Source: Phoronis australis (lineage: Eukaryota; Animalia; Phoronida). From it: a DNA stretch of 64,000 bases. The stretch spans positions 609,809 to 673,808 of the forward strand of contig NMRA01000045.1 of the NCBI GenBank assembly GCA_002633005.1. The letters are read 5' to 3'. The notes beneath the pieces were generated by a model, which was given only the letters and a program-made list of their open reading frames with translations, did no database searches and had not been told where the DNA came from. Below, in pieces: positions 28,044 to 40,637 of the stretch. Within the stretch, counting starts at the first letter, position 1. Every line of letters begins with the position of its first letter. Both the position numbers and the translations under genes were made by a program.

Positions 28044-31000
28044 AGGCTATTTTTGAGTTCACTAGCGTTACGTGATTTAGTGGGATTGTTTAAAGTAGTG
28101 ATTTTCTTTTGTACCGACTTACACCTGGTGGGTGAAAACCTCCATGTTGCTCTTGCTTTAGTTTCAAGTGAAAAAACAATTGAATGTAGTTTAAGTTGCA
28201 TTCGTTTGTGGATTTTATCTTAAAATATATGCAACACTTAAATTTCTCACTAAGTGAGCACGAGTTTCCATAGTTTCAATGCAATGATTTCCCAAAAGTA
28301 AGAGAGGTCCATCTCAGCTATTGCAGTGGTTTACATTAAATAGGTCATCTTCTGATCTGAGTGGCCTCGCTGTATAAAGATTAGTTTGGTCATAGTTCTG
28401 ATGCTCTTAAGCAAGTTATTGCAAATGCGACGATGCACTATTTTGGAGGAGGGCAGATGTTGTAACTTGGGCATGATTAGTTGATGATTTTTTGGCCATC
28501 TTCACAATGAGTCATGTTAATGTCATCATCTCGTGCAAAAATTCAAATGAAACTATCTTAGCTGTGATTGGACTGATGACCGTTTTAACACCGGGGGGTG
28601 GGGGATGGGGGGGGGGCTCATTGCTTTTGTAGAGTGTCATTAATCTCCAGAAAGTAATCTTTCTACCTCTCCATCTACAAAAGAATGGTAAAGATAACTG
28701 GCAGTTTTTTGTCATTGCGCCATCTTCGGTTTGACATAGAAAAACAAACTTACTTCAGTGATAGTGTCAGGAATGTCTGACAAATCCAACCATTCCATGG
28801 CTAAAATGTTTTATTACCCAGTGATCTTTGTACCTAAATGTTGCTAGAGTGGTCCTTTCACCAAGCAAGCATCCCCAATGACTGTTCCAATGAGGTATGT
28901 GTACTATAGTCCCACTATTTGGGGTCAAAATAATAGACAGGTGTACTTATGTAAGCTTATAGTGTTGACTGGATTGTTTAATGTTAACCTTAATCTACTG
29001 TGTGGTTTGTTTAGTTAAATCATGCATTGCCTTTTGAAACCAAGCACCCTCACTCAGCTCAGACTGTGACCTGTTGTGTTTCTCTACTGTTATATAGCCT
29101 GGGTGTGCAGGCACTGACTCCTGAATGACACTGACCAGTATATTAATGGCATTGCTTGTAATGAGTTGGTTCATTTTTTATTAATAACTCATAGGGAGCA
29201 AATATGAGAATATAGAGTGTTTAATCAGGGAGCTCAACAGTCACACACATCAACTGCAATGTGGAGATAAACTTATGGTAAGTCAAGTGAGATTTCCTTG
29301 TGTATGTTATGTAACTCAGTGATGTGCTGCCATGTCTGAGACAGCAAGTTAACAAAATTACTAACAGATATTGCTGTTTAGTTCAGGCTCTGTAGTTATT
29401 TCAAATGTTTGTTGGAAGGAGATTTACCGTGTACTTGGTACAATTTCTTGCTCCATTTTTATCCCCTTCTCTGTTGTTGTCACGTAAGTTTTTGGTTAAA
29501 GCCCAGCTTTAATTAATGTGAAATGCTATGCCAAGTTTTCTACAGAACCTTTTCATTAAGTCAAGTGACATAAAACAGCGAAATACCCTGTTACTGATTT
29601 GGTTTAAAGGCTATCTACAGTAGTGTATAAATATGGTTCCTGCAACAGGGTTTATATTCTCAAGTTTGGCCTTTGTGTGTGTGTGTGTGCTTCATACCTT
29701 AATTTTAGGAACTCCTACATAGCGTGGCTGAGCCAGCCAGTGTGTGAATACTTGATCTTAGGTGATAACCATGCAGTGGCATTGGCTGTAATTCACACCT
29801 GGCACCTGCAGAGGTCAGGAACATTCTTTCTATTAGGAGTCACTTAGTCTAGTCATTTAGTCTAGAGACACATACTGGACATCAAGGAAATTTGTCTCGG
29901 TATACAAACTTATGCCTAGATTGTTGCTTCTGATGGATTTTTCTTGAGTATGTTTGTCGTGAGATATGCTTACCATGAAAGACCTTGCCTTTCATATCTA
30001 GGTTTTGGTCATGGACCCCACCCCCTTGGGGAAGGGTGAGCGAGAGGGTCAGGTAGGTGAGTACTGAGATTAGGGAAGAACTGACAATTGATATTGTGAA
30101 GCTAAGTCACCAGCTCCAGACATCATGAATACCCCGGAGGTTGAAATAGCCTCCAAAATAAGGGGTAATCCAGGCAATAATTCCTTGGTGATTTTGTCAG
30201 GAAAAGATGTTAGGTATTTTGTATGACTGATTGCATGACGAAAGAGTGCTTGAAAATACATTCGGTCAGTCAACACTTAGAAGCATTTTCCTTGAACAAT
30301 TTTTTGCAACAATAATGCTTTGTTCATATTTAATGCTTTTAAAGCTCCACACCATATTAAAAACACAGGTAGTGATTCAGGCTACCGACAGAAATAAAAT
30401 TTAGTCTCATCTTGTTGCTTCACTCAGTTTAGAATTATTTCTGGGCTTGAACACAGTCAGACTTAGCTTTGGAAGGGCGAACATGCCTGTAAAACTGATG
30501 TTTTTAACACCAGGGTATGGCTTATTATGGCTTTGTTTTAACAGAAAACTGTTTACTATGCAATTTCAGCTACAGATCTGTCTGTTTAAAGCGGCTGTTA
30601 TTAACCCCCTTCTGTTCAAAACTACAACTTTTTATTTAAACCACTTACAGTTGTGAAATTGGCCATAGGCCCTACTCAAATTTGAGGGAAATTTCTCAAA
30701 TTTGTCATTGCTTGAGACAATGCTGTAAAAATTGGCTTGTCATGGTGGGTCAGTTTATACCCAAGAGGAGTTTTGAATTGTTGCTATTAACCATCAGTTC
30801 TTACCCAGAAACCATATGATAGCCTTCATCCAAATTTTGGAAATGGGCCCTATTAGCTTCCTAACGGATCAAGTCGGATTTCGAAGAAGTAAATCACCAA
30901 GACTTCTGAACATGCTTAGCTGAATGTCACATCTTGAGGCAGAAATAAGATGGCCTGCCTTGAAATACAGCTGCCACTTTGTATATATTTTTGTTATGTC

Positions 31001-34000
31001 TCTTGGTGATCGGCAGTTTTACAGATTTGGATCATACCCAAATTTATGACCAGTTAGAGAAAGTGTACATAAAGTTGTAAACAGACAGCTGGCTGACAGC
31101 TAATGCAATGCCTTCAACTGATATTTCCAAACTGGCAATTTCAAAAGTAAAAAAAAATGTTGAATGCAAATGGTTAAATGTTTTGTCTTATCCAATCCTT
31201 AAGCTAAATTCTCATCAACTTTGGATAAAAATAATTGCTAAAATTATCTATTTTCTTTTTCAAGAGCTTTTGACATTGTTGGGAATGTTGTGAACTTTTG
31301 CCTGGTGATAGCTATGGCACACAAGTTGAACATGAAAAAGCATTAAGTTGGTGCTTCATATTTTTGTAGAAAAATGAGAAAATGCAAATACCTCTTGTCT
31401 GACACATAGGGTCCAAGATTGGTGAGACAGGCTAAGAAAGGCTACATGTAGGTCTGAGCATGAACTATTGATTGTGGTATTTGACCATAGATTCAAGGCT
31501 ATAACTTGATAGAATGTTAACTTTTTCTCTATTCAGGATGTTGATTTTTGGCAAAGTTAGCAGCACCAGGTATAGTCCCAATGTTTTCAGTTGCCCTTAT
31601 GTGCGTTTTCTCTTTCCAGTTGACGATGATGGACAGATTTTCCATCAAAACATTGGAAATTGTATATATGTAAATGTAATATGTTATCAGCAGCATCATT
31701 CTCAGTTTTCAGTGTTTGCTGTCCTCAAAGTTTAAAGTGGCAATAAACCCGCCTCCCACCACAAAAATCAAACCTTTGATTTAGATCACTGACCATGAAG
31801 AAATTTGTCTCAAATTGTTCCTTAAAGTGGAACTTGCAGGCTAGTTCCGTATTTCTGTGATTGCTTGGCCAAATTAGTTAGAAATACAACATTATGGCCA
31901 CAATGTGAATATGTCAAGTTAGTAGGTTGAAAATTGCCAAAAATGTTATTAAGAACCAGTTTTGTGGTGAAAATGATCCAGCGCAAATCAGTGAACCATG
32001 TCCAGTAACATGACGTGATGTGGTGCAGTGGGCAGTGACACCGCATGATGCGGGTTACGTGAGCCCCTGAAGTATGTCATTTGTACAAAGGTCACTTATT
32101 TGCTGAATTTTCATAATTACAGGTTGGCAATGGATACAATTGCACTTTGTTTAGCATAGATGATGTGCAAATAGCATTGTCGTTTAGTTCCTGCTATACA
32201 TTAGCAGAGTTAGGAGCATGCAAATACAGCTTTACTTCAAATTTTTGGTGATCTCAAGGCTTCAAAAGAACTGGACTGAGTCCATTTGTGCTTCATGCCT
32301 GACGTCTCTCAGCATGTCTTTCTGTGTACTGAGCGATGGCCTGATTGAACATTTAGGAACCGTCAGTTCTTTACAGTTTTCACTTAAGTAAGGAACAAGT
32401 TTTGGAAAATGCGATCACAATAAGTGGCCTTGGTCAGTATGCAGGTTGATAGCTGCTTTAAGTTGTGGCGTGGGCCTCTGCAGTAAAATACCGGGCATTT
32501 TCTAAAGCCCGGTTCATCCGTGGCAGCAAGTTGAGACTGGTTTCATAATGTTAAATGTTGCAGGTCAGAAGTTATTTTTTTCTTACAGAATACCAGTTTG
32601 TAGTAGCTTGGACACATTCAAAATTCTTCAATCTAATACCCTGCTTTAGTACACAAAAGATTGTAATAACATACGGAGTCCATAATGAAAATTTTTATGC
32701 TGGGATTATGTCTGAAGTTAGACTTATTGTTGAATTGAACCTTATCAGCTGTCTGTGGTTTAGCCTAGTATCAACAGAACTATGTGATGCTGACTCAGGC
32801 AAAAAAAGTATCAGCTATTCTATTTTCTGAAAGTATTACGCTATTGTCTGACAGCTAGTAAAGTTTATTGGTTGATCGGGTCACATGACCATTCTCTTAT
32901 TGTAAAATTTAACTGGAAAGATAATTGCGTTCTTGCAGAATCTTGCTACTGTGAACTTGATCATTTTTGTAATTTAAATTGAAATCTCAGAAATACTACC
33001 ACAGGTCTTTTTAATTTATTTGTTCATTTTCAGTTTTTATAATTTTTTAAATTTTTCTTGAAAATTATAAAAAAATTTTAGAATTAAGTATTAACTGATG
33101 GGATAATGAATCATTTTCAAACATCTTTTTGTTGAACAGTGCCCGAGTCATTTGAATCTGATCAGCTGTTTCTGAGACCAGAAATGCTCGTCATTTTTCT
33201 AGATTTGCTCTTTACCTGAGGATGGCTTTCTATTTAGTCACATTTACATTTCCTGGTTTGCATGATACATTAACTAATACAGTGCTGCAGTACTTGACTT
33301 TTTACTTGTTATTTCCCATACTCTTGTCAGTAGGATCTCTGACTGTTCTATAAATTGACAACCCCACTGCTTGAAAAACAAAATTAGTGTTGTTCGAAAT
33401 TATAGAATGCTTGTCGAATATGGAGACAGTAAAACATGTTACAGATGATAAAGTCTAATAAAGTAATGCTCTGCACAGTCGCTATGGGAAACCTCTTTAC
33501 TTAGTTATTTGCCCTACTCAAAATTCAAGAGTAGCAAAGCTGTGTTTTAGTAAGTTACCAAATGAATTGCAGAATCATTCGCGATTTTTTTATTTTGGTC
33601 TTTTCTTGGCATTGGTTTCACTGCAAGATTATCAGACTATGGTCTCCGCCACACTAATTTATTAAAATATTACGATTATGTAATTTTTTATGTAGATTCC
33701 ACATTTGATGCTTGTTTGCATATGTAAACACCCACAGTTATTTTGATATTTTAAAATAACAACAAAATAATTACCTACTTCTAAAGTTCTTGTTAGAGAA
33801 TATATTACGACACTCCATCACTAATTTGAGGGATTTTTGAACCCTGACCAAAGATCATAATTTGTTACATAACATATAAAAATATGGTTTCATTTGAATT
33901 GTGTGTCTGCATTCATACGATGGTTGAGAACGAATGCACCAAGTCTGAGTCACTGAACTGCCTTTGTGGCTTAGTGTTCACTAACAGAGCATGTCGTTAA

Positions 34001-34854
34001 AAAAGATAAATCCTCCATGACATTCATTATTTTGATCAATAATTTGAAATTTTGCTGTTTCAATCTCGTGCTCACGACCTGGTTTGCATTTCGTACTTAA
34101 AAAAATAATTACAGGTGGTATGGTACACATTATACCAGACGTGCGTAGGCCGCGCATGTGGGTCCATTTGCACTTATCGGCTGGAACTATTTTTGTGCTT
34201 TATTAATATATAGTTAAAACCGAGCTGAGGAGCTAGAAACCTGACTCAAGGGTTTAGCAGTGTGGCCCAGTTGGCTTATTTCGTACTTGGTTTCTTGATA
34301 TTTCCTCAGTGCATGGTGTGTATACAATGAACTGTTGTCCCACTTACTGCTGGCTCCGCCTTCTGACCTGGTTAAAACGAGGTATTTGAAACCCCACGTA
34401 CAAAATTAAAACATTTTAATGATAATTAAGTTAATTACGCACTGCAAATTTACTTGACATTGCGAGTAAATGTTGAAATTAGCAATCATGGTTAAGGCAT
34501 GTATAAATTATATTTACCGAAAACAAATTTTCGTTGAATAATTAATCGTAGGCCTTGAGACCTTCACCGCTCATGACCTTAAATCAACCTTTTCTGGGCT
34601 TCGGCAATTTGGACTTAGGAACACAAGTTCTCAATAGCATGGTAGATTTCGCTGAAACTTTCCAAACTCAATAGTTTTTGCATAATGTAACAAAGACGAA
34701 TACCACTGCTATTTTTACAAAAATGTCTTCCATTTTCCGAGTCGATGTCATAGAAACCAAACTAAGAGACTTATCAACTGATAACTGGTGAAGTTATCAT
34801 TTTAAAAAGTTTTCATCAAAATCGTCTAAGGCGTTATTTTGCAATGGATGTACC

Positions 34855-35139
34855 TTAAAAATGAAATTTTAACTTAAAAAGGCATTAATGTCAAAAAAAT
34901 AATAACAATAATAGTAATGGCTCATAAATTTAAAATATATCTTACAAAATATTCACTTTTACAAGTTGACAAAGCCTGCTTTTTTAATATATGAGTTAAA
35001 AATGAAATTTTAACTTAAAAAGGCATTAATGTCAAAAAAATAATAACAATAATAGTAATGGCTCATAAATTTAAAATATATCTTACAAAATATTCACTTT
35101 TACAAGTTGACAAAGCCTGCTTTTTTAATATATGAGTTA
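34855..35139. repeat. Exact tandem duplication of a 141-bp unit
   Basis: ttaaaaatgaaattttaac...tttttaatatatgag starts at 34855 and again at 34996. Confidence 0.95.
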
Positions 35140-36237
35140 GAGCGGAGGCCACTAAGTAAGGCTTGAGATAACCTTAAGTGGATCAAACTGGTGGAAAATG
35201 CAACTTAAGTATGTTCAAATTATCGACAATTTACACTAGAGTTTTTGCAATCATTGAACAAGTCAATTAGTTACAGGATCCACTAATATTTGCTTGCCTA
35301 GCTCACTAAGTGTACTTTAGTTGACGATGTGACTTCCACATAGCTAACTTTTTTTTACATAAATGACGATTACTCCTGCTGTTAAAATGTTTGCTTCTTT
35401 TCTTAAGATGTACTGCTTTCTGTAATTAAGTGCTTTCAATTTACTCTTTTTCAGGCACCATTCCCCTGAACCATTTTAGAAAGAAGAAGTACAGTCCGCT
35501 GCCTGCTGCTGATATCAGTGCAAAGATATGAGTTGATTTACTGAATATTTATTGCCGAACTACCAAGAGATTTTGAACAGCTTTGAACCATTGGCATTTC
35601 TTGCTGTAATAGTTATGACAGGATATTTTATGACGGCAGTAATCTGAGACTGATCACGCATTACTACCCTGTGTGAAGGTTGGCACTGCTTTGTTGTCTT
35701 TATTTCCAGCCAGCTTTCACAGGTAAAGACAGGACCATCAGTTTGTACACCTGGGATTATTTACAGCCAGTTTGATATCTGGTTTTCTTGATATTTTCTG
35801 AGGCTTACATCACATCTGTATGAGTTCCAGACCTGCCTTGAATTCAATCCTGAGCTGTTTTCAAATGTGAGCATATTGCTTATCATTGACAGAAGTTCTA
35901 ACCTCAGGAGATTCTACCTGAGGCTATACAAATTGTTAGAAAGCTTTCAAACACTAAGTCGAGGCCAGGACAGGTAGATCTAGCCTTCCCAGAGAGATAA
36001 CATTATTTCCACCAGAGATTCATTGTGTGGTGTTTACTTCAAGTGGAAGCTGAAACCTCTGTTGGTGGCTTGAAGTCATTAAGACCAAAGGATAAATTTG
36101 CTGGTCTTAGGTAACTCAGTCAACTACTCCGTGCATGTTATTGTAAATCGTCCAGGAAATCATCTGCAGTTAAACATGACTACCTGTAGTAATTACCACG
36201 CATAATCGTAACTCTCTCATTTGTCGATCTGTTCACT

Positions 36238-36983
36238 ATGAATCTGTTTAAGAAGAAGTCACGTTCTCCCTCACTCGATATTCCTTCACTATGTATGCCA
36301 GCCAGACAGAAACGATCGGGGTCTGTCGATGTGACAGCATGCAGAGGCAAGCTAGAACTGCCGATACCCCAGAGGAGTCGGTCATCAAGTTTCGACGTCG
36401 CTGCCATGCATGCCTTGAACCCCTCTCTAATGGGGATTCTGGGTATAAGTCTACTATCAAGATCAAACTCTGAGGAAGCTGCTTCTCCCCTTTCGGATGA
36501 CCAGGCATCTAATTCATCTAATAAATCGGGCCGTGGCGGACGGCGACGTTCTAGCGCAGAGAAGGTTTGTATTCACTGCCTGCATGAAGAGTCCATGCAT
36601 GGCTCAGAGCCAACTTCACCGGACAGAATCAACGAGATCCATACGGTCTCGGAGTCATCAAGTGGTTCCTGTTCATCAGATGACGAAGACTCCGATTCGG
36701 AGAACTTCGACAAAACCCTTTTGACAGTCAGCCAAGAAAACAAGGGTAATGATGTCATGGACTCTAACGAAAATGTTAAGACGGTTGTCAGTCTAACTGT
36801 GCCGGATCTCAAAGAAAAGAACACGCTGTCTCCATTACCGTTTCCAGTTAGCAGCCATCCGAGGCGTTCTTCATTTGATGTTTCTATGCTGCAGAGGTTC
36901 CAGGAGAATATGTTTAATAGCAAGCCTGTTGCTAAAGATGACATCGCAGCTGTCTCCAAACGAAGACTTAGAAACAGTTATCT
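36238..36983 (+). CDS. DGKZ: Type IV diacylglycerol kinase, long first coding exon (Ser-rich, rdgA-like N-terminal extension)
   Basis: 249-codon ORF starting MNLFKKKSRSPS. Its stop TGA lies inside a consensus donor (CT|GTGAGT, GT at 36984). The phase-2 end CT plus the first G of the 48584 exon gives CTG and reads in frame into KAISKS. Motifs RSxSFD, RRSS..CIHC and LTVPDLK resemble the Drosophila rdgA N-terminus as I recall it. Confidence 0.8.
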
Positions 36984-39327
36984 GTGAGTTACTTAGTTTA
37001 TGTTTCAACGTTCAATCATTTACATTTCAGTTTCGACACAGAGTTTTTTTGAAATTTTGTGTCAATCTGGATGTCATGTAAATTTCTCTTTTTAACTTGT
37101 AAATGCCGAGTCAAGCCAACATTGCAGGTGTTGTACATGTCGCATATCATAACGAAATATAAAAAGGTAAAATGAATGTCCGCCGTATTCTTTCCGGTGG
37201 GTATATATAACATTACATGTACAAAGTATCCTATTTAAAGGGGTACTATCAGCTTTATGACCAAAAATGCACCTTTGCTATTATTGTTCGATGGGATAGA
37301 CTTCTGTAAATTATTAGCTTTGGCCAAACTTTGAAAACAACAAAATTTGTATTTTTGTAATTGTAGTACAAATTGCCATTACTCGCTGTCGTCTACCAGA
37401 CCATCGATAAAATCAAGGCCAGTGACTTTACCAGTTACCTATTCTTAGAATACTCCAACATTTATCTAGTGGCAATTAAGTCTGCCTGCTGAGCATTAGA
37501 ATGTGACCACAGGGGTTCCAGGTTGAATTCTGCGCTCGGGCTGATCTAAGAAACCTAGTTTTGGCTCTCCGATAACTTTCCTTTAAAAAGTCTAGCAGTT
37601 TTGCTGGCGTAGTTTCAGTTATACCAGTGTAAATATAGTGGATGATTTACCTGACAAGACTGCTCGGATGTTTTCACCAGCAGTTATGTGCCTTCAAAGT
37701 GTATAAATGGTAACACCGGGTAGAGATAATTTTCTCATTGATTGTGTTAACCTCAAACCTAACCTCAAAATTAGGGAAGTAGAATGCTGAGTATGATTCC
37801 ATATGGACAACTTTAGTTGCTATGGTCACAACCTTTTTACCTGATTTGGCTGTGCGGTCCAGTGTTTGATATAACTTCAGCTTGTCTAGTCAGTTGATGT
37901 CAACTTAAGTTTCTAGACAAACCGATCCAATAATCATGAACACTTGCCAGAAGTTGTATTCATTGTCAGAATTAAGCCTTGTCTCATGGCCGAGGGTGTT
38001 TGGGAATTAACTGGGAAGTATCGTCCGCACAGACAGACTTACCCTAGAACACCTGGAACGAGTTTTTGCTTGGTTTGAGTGCTGTCTGGATGTTAGTTAA
38101 ACTAGTGAAGCGTACTCCACTTGTGACAAGGTGGGCGAAGCCATTCTGTAATTAAAATTTTGCTGCCAATCCAGTAGTCATTATCAGCCATTTTAATTGT
38201 TAACAGAATTAGCTGTCATGATGGGGATACATTGTTGTCTTGTCCTCGGTATTTAACGTGGATACACTAATGCGGACAAGTGACTTGGTTTGTACTGTAG
38301 AGATGTCAGAAAACAATGTTTTGCTACAGCAGTTTATATTATTTACAGTAAGGTAACAAGCCTTTGAAATACAAAAGAATTACTATTTTGACAAATATTT
38401 TCATTCAAATAAGCAGAGTTGCTGCAGATAACAGTGTAAACATCCTGAGAAAAGGAGGCACGACCAGATGTAACCTTTTGTCACGGAGTTAAATAATTGC
38501 CATGTTGCAATTACTTTTGTCATTTCTTGTCAAGTTATATTGTATTTCTGTGTGGGTGTGTTCCTGAGTATCTTTTGTTTGTATGGTCATCGAGATGTTC
38601 TTCGAACTGAGTGTGTGTGTGACATTGACGCATGTTTCATGAATGTATGTGTGTTTGTCAAGAGTTCAATACGGATATAAGCAAATCCGACCTGGCGGAA
38701 TCAAGTTCACTTCATTGTCATCATTTGATTATTCTTTAACATGTTTCTGTAAAGGCTGGATAAAAATTGCTTAGTATGTCCAAATTCTAAGCTTAGTTCA
38801 AAATCCGTCAGTGTTTTTTGTCTACTTGGTTTCGAATGAAGTAGTATTTTATAATTATTGTACTTATTTATTATTCTTTTGGTATAAAAATGACAGTCAT
38901 ATGCTGACCAAATGAAGATAATAGAACTAGCACACCTGGTTCTTGAGAATTATAAGCAGAGGCGAAGATTAGGACTAAAGAACATAACGTGTAATCACGT
39001 TTGAACCAAGTTTAGATTTTTTTAAGGTGGAATTCTGAAACAAGTAATCTTTTCTTCCTTCTTTGGATTTGTCTGTGTGTCTATGTCTGTTGTGATGTTG
39101 CAGTTAGGTATATTAATCACCACTGCCAGCTAAGTGGTGCCAGTTTTCAAGATGACAAATGACTGTGTACTATGTGATTAGTGCTTTTTCATTACTGTAA
39201 AACCCTGTAAATAAGGGCGTGCAGCTATAAGCGAAATGATGCGCTTTTTTCGCAAACTTTTCCTAGTCAAGTGTTCTACTAAGCTCTACTAATGAGCTCG
39301 TTTAGATCATTGGCTCGACAAAGCGTA

Positions 39328-39409
39328 TGCACGGTTCGTATTGCATGGTTCGTATTGCACGGTTCGTATTGCACGGTTCGTATTGCACGGTTCGTATTGC
39401 ACAGGTTCG
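39328..39409. repeat. 14-bp tandem repeat (tgcacggttcgtat), about 5.5 copies
   Basis: Directly visible in the sequence. Confidence 0.95.
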
Positions 39410-40395
39410 CCTTGGTGTTCCAATTATATGCACGCGTTCAGTGTCTTCAGAAATATTCTAATTTAAATCACTTTAATTCACATGGTGTATGGCGTCAACT
39501 GACACTCTTGGTGAAATTAAAAGGATAGAGTAACGGTTAATTGCTAAAATGTATAATTAAAGTCAAAATCTTTCTAAAGCCTTTAACCTTTGCTATTCAT
39601 AAACTACGTTCCAGGTACATCTACATTCGCAGCAAAATTGCAAAATGGTGGGACTAGGTCTGATCTAAAGATTCGTACATAGGCGCCTGTGCTTAAACTC
39701 CATAAATAGACGTGGCTCCACAGTTACGAGCATGTGCTAAATCACGGTAGTTTATGATATGTTTGCCAATGGCGTTTTCGTTTTAAATTAGAACAATTTG
39801 GATGTTCATTAACTGCTTATTCATTAGCGAAACTATTTTTACTCAACAGGAATTAATTGCTGTTGTGAAGACGTGTCATTTTCCAAAGTTTTGTGAATTT
39901 TGAAATTTTCAAAAATAATTCGGTGTTTACTTAATGACGTGTAGAGTAACTTAAGGTCGGTTGTTGTGCCCATAGCTTATCCACAATAATGTGAATTAAA
40001 CAACTGCAAAAATTACTCTGTAAAAGTATGTTTTTAAAGTAGAAAGTCCATAGATTTTAGTTTTTAACTTTCTACCAACCTGTCACTAGTTGTGATGTTA
40101 ACGGAAATCAGTGAAATCCTGTCACAGAAAGCAATTTGGTGAGACCAATTAAATGAGAGTGAAATGCCTAATTCGATTTTCATTCTTCGGCCAGCTAACA
40201 GGGCAAAATGTACATTTTAAAGTAGCATATTTCTTATCTTGCAATTAGGCAGAATGCATACTAGATTTATTTTTTGTGTGAGCAAGAGATCCTGAGATTA
40301 CAATTACAGAAATATAACTATAACCTGTCATAAAAACTTTCCATGACACCACCTCATACCGCCAGAGGACTTAAAACAACAATTTCTTAATTCAC

Positions 40396-40637
40396 GGATG
40401 TTTTAACTCACCCTGGGGTTCAGGCTTGCAGTGGTGGACATCAGGATGTTTTAACTCACCCTGGGGTTCAGGCTTGCAGTGGTGGACATCGGGATGTTTT
40501 AACTCACGCTGGGGTTCAGGCTTGCAGTGGTGGATATCGGGATGTTTTAACTCACCCTGGAGTTCAGGCTTGCAGTGGTGGACATCGGGATGTTTTAACT
40601 CACCCTGGGGTTCAGGCTTGCAGTGGTGGATATCGGG
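40396..40637. repeat. 48-bp minisatellite, 5 copies
   Basis: ggatgttttaactcaccctggggttcaggcttgcagtggtggacatc(a/g) at 40396, 40444, 40492, 40540 and 40588. Confidence 0.97.

Noticed and set aside
30070-30276. Minus-strand ORF with ELLPGLPLILEAISTSGVF, faintly like a CR1/L2 RT segment
   Set aside because: Similarity is too short and no downstream RT motifs follow; cannot be supported without BLASTX.
36180-36959. Antisense and alternative-frame ORFs over the DGK first exon (also 57633-57911 and 62546-62832)
   Set aside because: Shadows of real coding exons on the + strand.
40396-40637. 48-bp repeats as a CRISPR array or repeat protein (QWWTSGCFNSPWGSGL)n
   Set aside because: Units are head-to-tail with no unique spacers, there are no cas genes and the context is a eukaryotic intron. 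The open frame follows from a unit length divisible by 3.
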